Shown piece by piece: positions 49,300-62,768 of a stretch of DNA of 64,000 nt (positions are counted from its first letter, which is position 1; every line of letters begins with the position of its first letter). The notes beneath the pieces are model-generated. The model saw only the letters and a list, made by a program, of their open reading frames with translations. It made no database searches and was not told where the DNA came from. This stretch comes from Atractiella rhizophila (lineage: Eukaryota). The translations under genes were made by a program, and so were the position numbers. The DNA is taken from NCBI GenBank assembly GCA_021432655.1, contig MU271323.1, positions 4,851 through 68,850 on the forward strand. The letters are read 5' to 3'.

Positions 49300-52200
49300 A
49301 AATGAGCTGCCACATAAACCTGCCCTTGTCAAAGACGAAATTCCACCCCTTTGTCTCGCTACCCCGAGACACGCTTATTATTTTTTCTTGGGATGGAACA
49401 TTCTGCTCAACTACACAAGAGTCCTCATATCAGGGGACCTCGTCCGCCGCAACACGCTCATCAACAGGAACAGCATGCATCTTTGAGCGACGAGTACGAT
49501 CCGAACGCTCCACCTCTGATCCTGCCTGATGGCAAGAAAATTTCAACGAAGACGTGAAGAGTATTTGGTTCGGGTGCGCTTTCTAACTTTCCACATTCCC
49601 GCGCTCAGTGCAGCATTGATGTGAATTCTCTGCTACCAGAAAAGTTGATACGGAAGAATTTGCCATGCTCGTCGTGCATGCTGCTCACTTGGGAAAGCTC
49701 CCTTTGATGAATACAGCCGTGATTGAGTTTTTGATGAAGTTGGGAGACGCGAGGTATCGTGTAACCAGTCCTGGTAATACTTGGGTGTTCGTCTTTCTCT
49801 CCAGATCTTCTAAACGTGACTCACTCTGCGAAAGGTTCAAAGGTCCTTCTGGTATCCCTGAACTGATGGCAGAGATGGTGGCGCATTATTTATTACTAGA
49901 AGGTTGGAGTGGAGGTTGGGCGGATGGCGAGGAAGCTTTCAAGGACCGGGTTGGGGAGGTCTTTCTTTGTCGCTGTGAGCAGGACGATAGGAGTGAGAAA
50001 GAAGTAGACTTGCTGGATGTCCTAGGTATGCTGCCTCTCCTTACGTTGAACACGAGGTCATGGGGTTGTTGGGAAGAGGAACACCGTGCGACAGTGTCTA
50101 TCTGCAGATGTACTCCTGAGCCAGTCCGACTTCTCTGCATGGGATATCTCCCCGCCTCTCCCCACTCCCTCGAACCGCCTTCTCTATCCGCTTCCTTCGC
50201 TTTCATCATTCTATGTCGGCGCCTTCCGGAATTTCAACCCAAAGCTGGATTGAGGGATGGCAGAAATATCTTCATCTGCTACCCGGCAAATCGACTGCTT
50301 TGAAAGGACGCGGGACTGATCAAGTATGTCTGCCATCCCTTGCTTGTCTTCCACACCATTCGTCCAAGCGCCTTCATATGTTCCTGCTCCATGTTAGGGT
50401 TATGTGCTAAGTGTTCATGTTGGGACCAGGCACGGTCGTTTCGCATTCCATTTGGGAAGACGGTCTCTGTGTTCCGGTGCATCCTCCTAGGTGTGCAACA
50501 ACTGCTTGAAGAGACCTTGAATCATCGCACCTCTGATCGGCTCGCGATGATCTGCCCCCTTGCTTCGGACCTATGGAGAACGAGCGAAAAGAAGACAAAG
50601 TGCCGGACAACATCTTCAGTATGGATGGCAACTTTGTTCAGCGGCATCAAGCAAATAGCACCATCAATGCCATTCCCCTTCGCCATCCTCCATCGTTCAT
50701 CCCTCAGGAGGCCATTGATGATGCAAGAGAAACGAATGAAACAGCCACTAGCAGGTATAAGTCCCATGACAAGGTATGCATTTCTGTTATATCAAGGTTG
50801 AAGTATTTTAAATGTCATTAGGACGCTTGCACAGAGTCTTTCAAAGCTGCAGACGACAAACGGAGCCAGTCAAACTTCAAGAGCTCAGATGACACGGGGC
50901 TTTTTGCTGCTGTTTGCCGCCATGATCAACCATTGATCTTTGCAAACATCTTCAAATCGGGAGAGAAGTACATAGTCTTGCGCATGAATTTATAACTCAC
51001 TGACTGTCTTCAGACTTTGCTATTCCGTCGCGGTTGTTAAATACCTTGCTCAAGCTTTCGTGGACCGGCGATTTGGAGCCCAATATGATATCGCCTGCAA
51101 TTTCGAAAAGCATGTGGACAAAGTGCGTAGTACTTCAATCATGGAATGTCATTGAAAATTTATCGTCAGCGTAACCTCCTCCCCACTGACATCCGAGAGC
51201 GAATTCAAGCCCGTCTTCCGACCTTTCACGGCTATGCTCACGGTTGGGACTGCCAAATCAAATACAACTCCAAATACTCCACTGGATTTGGCCAGTCAGA
51301 AGGTGAAGGAACAGAGCGGACATGGAGCAAGATGTCCTCCATCATTGGAGGATGCCGTTACATGACACGTAACAACCGCCTCCTCACTATTGAGTTTCGA
51401 GCTCAGTATATTGTTGAAGAAGGACTTGTGGGCCTCGGTATGTCGTCCACTCATTCAAATTATATTCAGCAGGCTCACAGGTGTGTCTATAGCTGTAACC
51501 CTTCGTCGAAAGTATGCTAATGCCGCAACGTGTTTGCAGCAGGCGTCCAAGCGACTTGACTTTCTCAAATCCATCGACAACATTCACCATCCAGGGTCGA
51601 AATATACTGAAGCGTTTTTCTACGAACAATGGGAACAGGACAGGAGAGATCTTGGTCAAGAGTCGAAGAAAACGCGACAAAAGGAGGAAGAGGAGAAACT
51701 AGGGGCATTATTTGACCTGCAGTATCGACTAGAACAAACTTCGTATGCTCTCCTTCAGTTTTGTCGCATTGCTCACCCATCAGCATAGAAGAATGCTCGA
51801 GTCCACGCGCCAGATCCTTCCAGACACAGCCGCGAAGGCGCTTACTGCAATGGACAAATATAGTGCGGAATTAGAACTGCTCGCAAGGGAGTTGGGAGAT
51901 GCATTTCGTGACCTCCGTCCTGCTGAAAGATGCTTCTCGCTCTCTAGGCCGGATGCTTACCTGCAATGTGTTAAATAATAGAAGAGAGGAGAAAACAGCT
52001 TCTCCTTATTCGGCATGCAAAACTAGAATTGCAATGGCGTCAACTTCGTATTAAGGAAGAACTCCGTCCGATCACACTTGCCAAAGAATGACGTGGAGGT
52101 TATTTGACAGGTTCGTCGACCTCAGTATCATTATCAAGACTAATTCTTGTAGGATCCAAAAAGCGTGAACGTATCCTTGCCTCTGTATCAAAACATCACG

Positions 52201-53001
52201 CTGCCGCCAAAACAACTTTCAATGCCTACTTGCGACATGTTGCGAAGTACGAATGAGACTATCCTGACGAAGCACTCCCGAAAAAAATGTCAACTTATGA
52301 CGAACTCAAATCCCTTTCCCTTGATGACCCTTTCTGGAATGATGGCTTCATGATGTACGCCCGAGGGCTGTGGCAGACAGATGTGATCACCCAGGCACGG
52401 ATACGAACGGTCATGGAGCGGGATCGTGCAGTGGAGGAGCTGAGGCGTATAGGGTGGGAAGTGCGTCGTGCGATGGCTTGGGCAAACGAGAGAGGATTGG
52501 AGTTTACTCGGAGCACAGATTATCTTTCTACACGTGTGTCGTTTTTTCCTTCTGACAAGTTTTCTGTGCTAATACTTTGAAATGGTAGTGATAGACTCCA
52601 CTTCTCCTGATGACCCTTCCCTTACAGCAACGCCCCCACCATTCTATCAAACGTCAGCATACTTAACCCAAAACCCATCCGTCTCGCCACTCAAATGTGC
52701 ACAGTCCCCGCTCCATCTCCTTCAGAAGGAACTGAGTCGCTTACAATCCCTTGAACAAGTATGGTTTAATGACCTCTCTTGGCTTTGGGAAGAAACAAGG
52801 AGCGAAGGGGAAGGTGTACATGCCTGGTTGGGAAGACTTCGGACAGGATCAGAGGTGGTAGGAAGTTTCGCTGAAAATTTTGAGCAGGAATGGGAAGATG
52901 AAGATGCATTCGAAGAGGGTAACGAGGAAGTTGACTTTGCAGAGGAGTCGCAGGAAGCAGAATGTACTGTAAATAGTTTTGATGATAGCACTTTAGAATA
53001 A
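49300..53001 (+). mobile_element. Kyakuja-Dileera-Zisupton (KDZ) transposase gene with CxC1-like domain, multi-intron
   Basis: SICRCTPEPVRLLCMGYLPASP; SMDGNFVQRH; DDTGLFAAVCRHDQPL..SGEK; QYDIACNF; PTFHGYAHGWDCQ..GFGQSEGEGTERTWS; RAVEELRRIGWEVRRAMAW. At least one internal TGA (about 52089). Confidence 0.9.
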
Positions 53002-54045
53002 ATTCCGTTCTTTCTCCTTAATATTGTGCCCTTTGATATCAGAAGAGAGTTGTTTTGAGTTGGTGCTTACGCTCTTGATTGAACGCCTTGGACATGGACC
53101 AAATTTCCCAATTGGTAAGATTCATTTGCTCAAATTCACTGAATGCTAAGCTATCACAAACAATGATGGGGGTAATGGTGGAAACCCATGGTGGCAGTGA
53201 CGCAGGATGGCTGACATCGCAGTACAAATATAAGTATGCATTTGATGTATTGCTTATAACTCGTGAGTTTGTCGTCAAAACTCGTCTCGTTATGCTTTTC
53301 TTAAAGATATTATCATTCAATCGATCAATATTATCATTATACCTATGTTAACCCACTAGCAGAAATCAAACATGCCACAGCCTTCAACATGTTCTTGGAT
53401 ATAACGTATCGCTTAAATATTGCTGGCTAACACATACAATTTCATTTACCGAGAATAATTATTCTTTGCTTAAGTTTAACAATTAGTCCTTCGACAATGT
53501 GTTTCATTTCTTCCCATTCAGCTTACCTAAATCTCGTATCACACCAAAGCACATTGAAAACTTAAAAGCAATAGCTCGGCAGTACTTAAAAGGCAACAAG
53601 TGAGTAATGACAACAGCCTTGTCAGACCCTTCTTAATGCTCTTTTACGATAAAGCTAAGAGTGTTAGATATTAAAGTAAGGATGACTCTTTTTTTCTAAT
53701 GATTAATACTATTTCAGTGTTCATTTTACTTCCTTAGGATTTTCATTACCACGAAGTAATGGCAGAGAGATTTATATAGCGGTTTGGCAATTGGATATCA
53801 TTCCAGCCTTACCTATTAACTCTTGCAGAGTAAAGCGTAACGTGTCAGCATTGGCACGCGAATATCTGAGCATCTTTAAGAAGCCAACCATCTTTGAAAA
53901 ACACGAACTCCTGGACGTGTCAAAATCACGTGAGGTACCCCTTTCTTTTTGTTCCGTTCTGACTACAGCAACATCAGCGTATTTTTTCGTGTTTGTAATA
54001 TCTAGTGAGTTATTATTTATCCTCTCATGTTTTCCACATATTGAC

Positions 54046-55924
54046 ATGGAATCTAGATACGACAATCCTTCAAATATTCAATTCATGGATAATACGCTCT
54101 CAAATGATCATTGCTGGCCTGTTACTACAAGCCGTCAAGGATTTGGGCAGTTAGTGGGAGAACGAGAACATAATCGCCCAGAGCCTAATAATGGAGGTAT
54201 AAATGGATTTAATACTACTAATCAAAGAGTTTGTGCGTAATTTTCTTATTGGCTGAAGGGATATCCTAAAAGCCAACGGATATGATTGCCAGCATATGCT
54301 ACACAAAATGGCACTCATCAATATCCAAATCACCTCTTTGATTCAGTCGGAGACAATCCCTTTTTTGTCTCTGATGTGTGGAAAGATGCCGGTCATTCTC
54401 TTTTCACACTGGAAAAGGGAATGGCACTTAGTCAGGACTTTGATCACCCTGTACCGGCCACAACCGCTTCAATTGTTAATTCACCTTCACCTTCAACCTC
54501 CTATCTGCCTATGCCAACTTTTGCGAACTCCTACAAGAGAACCGGTTCATCTACTCTCAACATACAGTCCTTTCCCGCTGCTTCAGCAGTCCGAGTACCA
54601 TCTCTCCTTTCCTCAGGTTTACCACATTTACCCGTCGAAAATTCCTCTCATCCTCAGCAGTCCTTCCGTGAGCATTTGCTCAAGTCCACAACAAATCCAT
54701 CTACCAATTTCGCCTCACTAGCAGAACCACTTTCCACACTCGAAACAAACACACCATCCTCACTACCCACCTCACACCACCTCAGTTCAAAGTCCCACCC
54801 TCCAGCCGGCCTCGAATCTCGATTTCGTCAAGAGCGCCTTGACTATCTTGGAAAGCATGTGGACTTGGATAACACGGCGAATTCAGCCCTTCTATCCTTT
54901 GCGCGTGGGTTGGGTTACAAACAGTCGCTGAATAATGTGCAAAGGGAGAAGTTCTCAGCTTGACGGAGCGGCAAGAGCGTGAGATGATTGTCAAAGCCAT
55001 TGAACTTGGTGTACATCCTGACGGTGTACCGCACTATAGGTCAGTGATTCTATCGGAAGTGAGGAAGGATGGCGCCACTAATACAGAGTACTAGCCTTGT
55101 ACAAACAAAACTGAATGACTACAACATCTTTGTGAAGTATCATCCGGCTGCCCAGGTAATTTCGCAATCTAAAGAGTGTACGTGATATGCTATACACCTC
55201 CATCCTACAAATTAATACATCGTTTTTATAAGTCAGATCTATGCGCAGTGTTGGCGATAGGGGGAAGACGTTGGGCAAGAAGTACGAAGAGTTGAAAGCG
55301 GCTGCCATTGAGGCGGGGGAAGAACATCTGTTTCTACAGGCTGAGAAGATCAAAGCGGCGTCGGAAAGCAGCTTCCACAGCTTCAAGGTGTCACATGCCG
55401 ATGATGAGAGCACAGCTACAGCCTATATGCAGAAGGCCCAAAGAGAGGTCAATCTATTCGCTGCCGCCATTAAGACTGCACTCATTTCATCAATGTCTCT
55501 AGATCAACAATGTGTCTCCTGCTGCTCACTGTGAATTCGTCATCTTCTGCGTTTCGTCACAGGCTCGAAATGGGGCATTCAAGATGGAAGCTTCGTCTGA
55601 CAATGCAAGTAGCTTTGTCAATACACTCCTGACGGAAAGCTGTATCCGAACCAAGGGTATGACCCACGGTCTCTCAATTTTAAACTACATGGCAGCATAT
55701 AAACAATCTCCACACACCCTTCCTAGCAGAATTGGACGATTGGAGGCTGTAAACAAGAGAGAGCCAGTGTACCACTTGCGGAAGCATGAAGGTCGGTTGA
55801 CATTTCTATCTCATCAACAGACATCTGATATATTATGTAGATCAACTCCACCCATTAGATGATTGCCAGTATCGGGATGAAAAAGAAACTTATGCAAAAA
55901 AGTTGTTGAAACAGCTTGCCAGTG
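54046..55924 (+). pseudogene. Multi-exon gene with an S/P-rich N-terminus and possible HMG-box-like segment, cut by the IS3EU-like insertion
   Basis: KLNDYNIFVKY..MRSVGDRGKTLGKKYEELK weakly resembles HMG-box helices. Coding-like sequence stops at the 55925 terminus. Confidence 0.35.
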
Positions 55925-56445
55925 TATGGGGTGTGACAAGGGTCAGGTACCCTGAAAATTTAAGTAGACCCAGGACGGTGTAGGGTAGACCCTCCGTGTT
56001 GCTGAGTAGACCCTCCATCAATGTAGTAGACCCTCTATCTTGCAATACTCACATGTAAACACAGCCTGTAAGGGCAACAAAGCGCGACAAGGCACGATAA
56101 CAAAGATGTGGGGGGGAATGGCTTCCATGTGAGTTATGTATAAACGGCCGGTAACGGTCCGTAAAGGTTCACGCTACCTTTACGGGTACCGTTGCACCCT
56201 CCGCCCATTCAATAGTTGTTTGAGCGTCTACTTCACCACTGTCTCACTTCCTCTGCCCTCCCAGTTCCACTTTACACGGCTTTTACAGACATGGGCAACA
56301 AGCGGAATCAAATCGCTCAAACCGTCCGCCTCTCCTATCAAATTTTGACTCTCTCACTCACCACCAAACGATAAAAGAACGCTCAGCGCTCCAGCTCGAG
56401 ATCATCACGTTCTCTGGCTCAGTTTCGTTTTGTTCTCATTCCAGA

Positions 56446-59400
56446 TGGTCAATCTGGACGATATCTCAACCGAAATCCTCCGTGAGGCACTTAGGGTGAG
56501 TACTTCTATTTTTCCACTTGCTATCAACTGTAATTCTTGCTTCACAGCAACGAGATGCGACTCCCAAGCCGCTCTTTCTTCAATCCCCCGGAACATCTCT
56601 GCCACCGCGCGACAATGCCGCTAATGCAGCGAGTGGCACGAACTTGCCAGACACTGAAGATCAACGGAATGAAGGTGCTATGAGGCACCCTGAGCCCGCC
56701 TTGGATGAAATCGAACGACAAGAGATTGATGAAGATGTGGGAATGGAGACAGAAATGGAAAGCTGGAAAGAGGAAGGGAGAATGAGAACGAAGAGCGTGG
56801 CTCAGGAGTTTGGCGAGGAGACACGAAGGTATGTTCTTTGCGCAATGTTGATGGCCACGGGTGTGACGTGGTTGTTCAATAGGAGGGCTGATGCATCTGT
56901 GCCGTTGCATCGCAACCGAAGGAACTCCCGCTCTAGATCCCCTCGTCGTGACCAATCTCCTATATCCCCCCGCCAATACCGATCGTCTCGTCGCAAGCAA
57001 TCGTCCAGGTCCCCACGCCACATTCGATCTTCGAGGTCCCCTCATCACCGTCGCCGATCTTCATCAAGTTATGAGGATGACGATGAATACCACTCATCAC
57101 ACTACGAAGGAGAGCATCGGCGCTCACAATGGTCCTCTTCCAGATATGGTCACAAACGGTTTAGATCTCGCTCACCTGGCCGTCGTTCGCGCTCGCGTTC
57201 GCGTCATTGCTCTCGCTATGACGATGGCGGGCTGCCACCCTCCAGCCACTCTCCCCCCGAGCATGCCTTCGGTTACGGTCACAGCAACAATATCTTCTCC
57301 CACGACCGCTCCTCCTCAAATTCTTACTCTGAGGATGAAAGAAGTCGCTCCAGGAGCCAATCTGCGTGGATTGAAGGCAGGCATCACCGGTCTGGAGTCT
57401 ACTCGGTAGAGGACCGTGCGGAGCGGGAGGAAGCACAGTTTGTGACAAGAAGGGAAAAGTTGCCTACCATTGTAGAAGCTGTAAGTTGCTCCTGTTATAC
57501 ACAACTATTTCAAGACTGACAATGTCCATTAGTCGCAAGATGTAGTCCTGCCGGCAGGCACGATCACCCCCCAAGCTTCGGTACCTATGGCACATGTTAC
57601 TCGTGAACGTATCATCCCCCCAGCCCTCAACCAAATAGAATTCATGGCACCTCCACCGTTGCCCTTATCCAACCCATCGTCAACAACGGTTGCTCCTCTT
57701 GATCAGATCCTGCCACCTCTGTTGGTAGCCAAGCTGGCGGCATTTGAAGCTCGACTCAACGGTCCTTCAACATCATCGAATGAAAGCAACCATGCCTTGC
57801 GGCATGAGCTTGACATGCTCAAGCAAACTCTTCTGAGCCACACAAGTGGACAGCCCTCTCAGTCGAATCATGTTGTGGACCAGGAACCGGGACCTAAAGT
57901 TGCGGGAAGCGATAACATTCAAGAAGTTCAGAAAGTGGTTGGTGTGGTACAGTCAGGTATACACACTTTCACAGTGCATACTGTTTACTGATTTGGTTAC
58001 AGGCGTCTATCACCCTGGTATCGGCCGCGTTATCAGTGGGGCCGGTATGTTTTGGTTTTGTTGCTTCAGATTCCTGCTTGATTGTGTGGAACATGATATA
58101 GATGCCCGAGCGATGCAAGCAGTGGCGCAATACGACAGTCAGCTTGGAAACGGTACACTGAACCTGCCGAAGCACAATGGTGAAGAGAGTCTTGCTCTTC
58201 TTGGTTTTACTACCGGTGCTTCAAAAGTATGTTGGATCTTTTCTGGTTATCTTCCGGCACTAACTTTGCTGCAGCCTCTCCAACCAGGACTTTCCACTGC
58301 GAATTATTTCATCGGACACGCCTCTCAACTTCCCTCCAAAGACCTCTGTGCCAACCGGCCTATCTTGGGAACAACAAGAATTCAAGGTCCGCTAAGTCTG
58401 ATAAGAAAACGTCAAAAGCGAACCCATCCAGTGGTCCGATCAAATGTCTTGGACCAAAGGGTGATCGCGGTGCAGCATACCTTCTGCCCCACCCTGCAAT
58501 TCTTCGCTCAAGCAAGGAGCTTCATGCGTGGCTTATGGCAAGTTCTTTGAAGAGGACGCTCAAGTTTGATTGGTCGGACAACTCAGAACAGGTGTTCAAA
58601 AGGATTGTGCAAGAATGGGCATCAAGCCATGTCAATCTGTATGGCTATCGACTTGAGTAAGCAGTTTGCATTTTCTCTCTAATGTTCCACAAGGCTAATG
58701 ATTCCCAAGGTTTCTATATATGCCTGCGAGTAGTGGATCATTCCTGCAGGTGGTCAACGTTCCTCCCGATCCATCGCAATCCTTCGATGTCGACAACCCG
58801 CCGGAACCTCAGCCACTCCATTTTCCTTCAATCAACGACCTCATTGATAACTTCAGCAACCGGGTAATGTACATCCGAGTCACGACAGCAATTACGGGAC
58901 GAATCTTTTCGGTCAGGGCACAGGTGTTTGCAGATGGTGACAAGGAATACGTTCTACGCCAGAATGGGATTCTCTCGGATGGTCTCGAAGATGAAGCATC
59001 CCAACCCGCTGCAAAGGAGATTCAGTTGCAATGTAAGCATTGCCTTGATTTCTTTCCAACTAGCCTTTTAGCCAGGCATGAGGCCGCCTGTGTAAGTTTT
59101 CAAGTTTGTTTCGGCATACGCCAATTTATTGATTGTATTGTGGGTGAGCAGCCAAAAGGGTCAACAGACCTTGTCATTGCCTCTCCCAAAGCTTTGACTT
59201 CCAAGGCTGCCCGCTGGCAACGCCAACAGTCTGCCCGTTCCCTCCGTCCCTCCACCCCGCACCAGACTTCCTACAGCTCCTCACTTCAACCGCTTTGTGG
59301 TGATAAGCAAGAGGGTGGTGGTGCTGAGGAAGATCTGGAGGATGATGAGGAAGATCAGCTTCGTGATGATGATCTGGAAAGCAAGAATGAAGGGAACGTG

Positions 59401-60239
59401 AGGAGTAAAGAAAACCAAAAGCGTTGCCCTGTTTGCGAGGAACAGCTTCCGCCGCTTTCGAAGAAGTTCTATGACATTGTTGCAGCATGTCGAGCTCACC
59501 CACAAGCGCAAGACCGCGATTCCGCGTATGGAACCCCGAAGGCTTTTCACCCCGCTCTTTTGGAGTCCCACCGCGTGTGACCGGCATGAGTACGAGACAA
59601 AGTGGAAGGTCTCTGCCAGGGAAATGGGGTGGGACCTGCGTATCAATTGGAACTACTTACCAATGTAGGTCTGTTCAATTCTATCAAATGTCGTTGACCA
59701 TGCCGTAGCCGAGTGAACGAGCTCAAACCCCATCTCAACAATATCTTGCTCAAAAAGACACCCTCTCGGCTTCTCGACAATGCAGAGGATCAATACAAGA
59801 GCGTTGAGGGTAGGAAGACAGGTATCAAATTGGCCAATGTGGTTAATGGAGATGATGGACCGGGATAGTACATGATGCCGTTCTACGATTGCCGTTCTAC
59901 GAGTTTTCCCGCTTGCTTATTGTGAATTGTCGCAGTTATGGAAAATGAGGAGAAGAAGTTATTACTGACCATCTGACCAACTGGCTTATAGTTGAAAGGG
60001 GAGGGACACGGTCAAAAGAAGTGATGGACAAGCAGTTTTTCCTACTTGAACAGGCACTGGTTACTGAGACAATTATTCAACTCATTGCCGCTGATAAAGA
60101 TGTTGACTATGCTGAGGCAGACAAAATCAGAAAGGCCAGCACCCCCTATGGTCGTATTGCGTACCCATCATTTGAAGGAAGAGCGCACAGGGCCTTTGAT
60201 CGCTTGCGAGACGGCTCATATGAAGAGGAGGAACTCTGA
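56446..60239 (+). pseudogene. Cargo gene: RS-rich low-complexity region, Cys/His motifs and a C-terminal RTC4-like domain
   Basis: RSRSPRR-type repeats at 56910-57360; CKHC..RHEAAC; CPVCEEQLP; GPGY/YGK*GEEVI..LVTETIIQLIAADKDVDYAEADKIRKASTPYG. TGA at 59946. Whether this is one gene is uncertain. Confidence 0.6.
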
Positions 60240-60301
60240 CTGGTGATAACTAAACAATTAGCTGCAATGATATTATTTATTTATTCTGTATCGGAAAATT
60301 G

Positions 60302-62148
60302 CTACAATTGATTAATGAGTTGAGATGAGCTCCTTTGATGCTCACACGTAATGTCGAGGCATTCGATCACCTTTAAATAAGGGCCAAGCCCCATCCTATC
60401 ATCAGCCCTTCTACCTCCTACAGGAACAGTATGAGTTAGCCATGTATATTCATCTGTGGTCAGGAAATCTGGGATCGGACCAATGTGAATGTAAGGATCT
60501 TCTTCATTCCGCTCTCGCTGTTGCAAAAACTCGTAATCAATACCGTATTCCGCAAAGTCTGTAAGGCGCGCAGTCTGAATATCAGGTTGCAGGTCATCAT
60601 TCTTTCTTCCGATCTGTTCATCTTCAAGATTAATTGAAAAGCCGGCATTTTTGGCATGTAGCAAGCCTATAAATGGGAGATAAGATAAGTTGTCAGTCCA
60701 TGTATTGAAAGAAGGATAAATGATTACCTCGATAATAAATTTGTAAAGGTGTCCGACTACCCTCTCTAGACATGGGGTGATTGTTCCACATTTGTACGCA
60801 ATGATCCAATGATGACTGAATCCGAGGGAGAAAGACGTAATGTAGTGCCCAAAGATGAAGGCGATTTTCTCGATTTAGGACACCTGTTTCTTCCATAAAA
60901 GTAAAAAGAACATAATAACCTCGAATCACCCAGTTCCAGATGTCTCTCCAAAGTCGTTCAATCCGCTGATTACGTGTTGATGATCCAAGAAGCATGGAAC
61001 CTGGACAATCAATAACTCAACATCCATAGTTAAGAAGCAAAAAGTGGTTACCTCGCTCGGTGCCTCTAAGAACTTCCATAAACAGCTTCACTAATGTATT
61101 CTCCCCTCCAAAATCTGCTCGACATCGACTTGGAATACCCCACGTCCTACAGGCTGTCCAGAATGAGCTTAGGACAGTTTCAGCTCGATTGTTGTTGGCC
61201 ACCTTGAGGTAAACGATAAGGCGACTTTTGCCATCAATTCTGCCATGAACAATGAATTTCCAGTTAATTAATGCTGCATAACCTGTTAGAATATCAGCAT
61301 ATGTGAAGAATAAAGGGAAAAGGAACCTACCATCAATGTGCCATAGAGACATAGGGAAAGGAACTGAATAAACTCTCCTCTCTATTGTGGCACCCCATCG
61401 CTCTGCCACGCCGACAGGATTGAGGCGGCGCATAACTGCTTGTAGAACTCGGTGACGAAAAGGGACCTTCATACTGTTGAGGGCTCCAATAATACCCCGA
61501 AGTCCAATGTATCGATCGCCAGAGGATAACAGTTTTGAAATGACATAGGTGAGAACGTCTTCGCTGACAGGATTCTTAAGAATGTCTTGTGTCAATCCCC
61601 ATTCCTTGCGCCGGCGATCGATAGTTTTTTCAGAGACACCAAGCTCAGTCGCAATCTCTTCACTCGTCATCCCAAGCTCCTTCAGATAGAATTCCACTGT
61701 ATCTTGATCAATGTCAAGCAACTTTCGTCCGTTCTCTCCCATAACCCATGTACACTTCTTTGGGCCCTAATCTATGCACACCCGTCTCAAGAAGTGCCAG
61801 CTGGTCTTGAAGCTCATTAAGGCGTAAAAGGTTTGGTATGAATATAGAGTCATGCGGTAGTTGTTCCTTCAGTGATGAATATTGTTGGATTGCTTCGTTT
61901 ATAAGATTAAGATAATGGGGAAGCTCGAGGAATCGGTTCGGAGTATAATCAACACGAAGGAGCTGGCAGAAGTCAAACACTGGCCGAACTTCTATAGCTA
62001 GGTCCACATGAATTTGATGAATTTGCTCTGAGGAGAATGGGGCAGGCTGTTTTGTAGCTGGATGTTGTGTTAGGACGTTGTAGTTTCGAGCGGCCTCTCT
62101 TGCCTCCTCAACTGCATTACGGCGATTTTTCCTCAAATTTTTGCTCAT
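60302..62148 (-). CDS. IS3-like integrase-core DDE transposase with an N-terminal HTH, intron-containing, one frameshift near 61765
   Basis: HTH TSEEIATELGVSEKTIDRRRKEWGL; RRVYSVPFPMSLWHIDG; VHGRIDGKSR..NNRAETVL; PSRCRADFGGEN; GSSTRNQRIERLWRD; WNNHPM. Confidence 0.88.
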
Positions 62149-62714
62149 TGCCGGCTAGAATCGTATCTTAGCACTCCAGAAAACATATGTAATGTATAAA
62201 ACACTTTAGCAACCCATTGTACTCAGTGAAAAGCAGAGTCACCGGAAGCAAGCAACTTTAAGGGGCAAGCAAAGGCTTAGAGTAGGGCAGCTCACCTTTC
62301 AAGACTGGAAAGCTTATAAAATCGAAGCCAAGGACAAAGATATTGCTCCTCTCTCTCCTTTTCCGCCGCCGTTGGTTGTTGGTGCTGCTTGAGAAACGGG
62401 ACAAGCACGTGAATAGAGAGTTAAATGACGAAAAATCAAGCTTGATGGATTGATAATGGGTTCGCTGGTGCGCTTTTTCCTTCCATTGTACTTCTTTTCC
62501 TCTCATCTCAGAGGTCTTGTGCTTTGCTGTATTCTTGTCACGCTTGCACTTGCAGGATAATATTTTATGTTGAAGTTGACAGACTAAGGTACATCACACT
62601 CGGTAGCTAACATTCTAACCTCAATTTGAGAGGGTCTACTGTCATTTTTGAGGGTCTACCATTTTTGACCAGGGTCTACCGAGGTGTCGCGAGGGTCTAC
62701 CAATACACGCCATA

Positions 62715-62768
62715 GTGGTATGAGGGACACCAGTGGTATGAGGGACACCAGTGGTATGAGGGACACCA
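62715..62768. repeat. 3 x 18-bp perfect tandem repeat GTGGTATGAGGGACACCA
   Basis: Units at 62715-62732, 62733-62750 and 62751-62768. Confidence 0.97.

Larger units (their letters stand above)
55925..62714. mobile_element. IS3EU-like DNA transposon (about 6.8 kb) with two convergent genes
   Basis: Termini TATGGGGTGT (55925-55934) and ACACGCCATA (62705-62714) form a 9/10 inverted match. Four GTAGACCC repeats at 20-21 bp spacing lie inside each end in opposite orientations. Encodes a DDE transposase. Confidence 0.8.

Noticed and set aside
56518..57519. SR splicing factor
   Set aside because: It is RS-rich but has no RRM, and it lies inside a transposon as part of a larger decayed gene.
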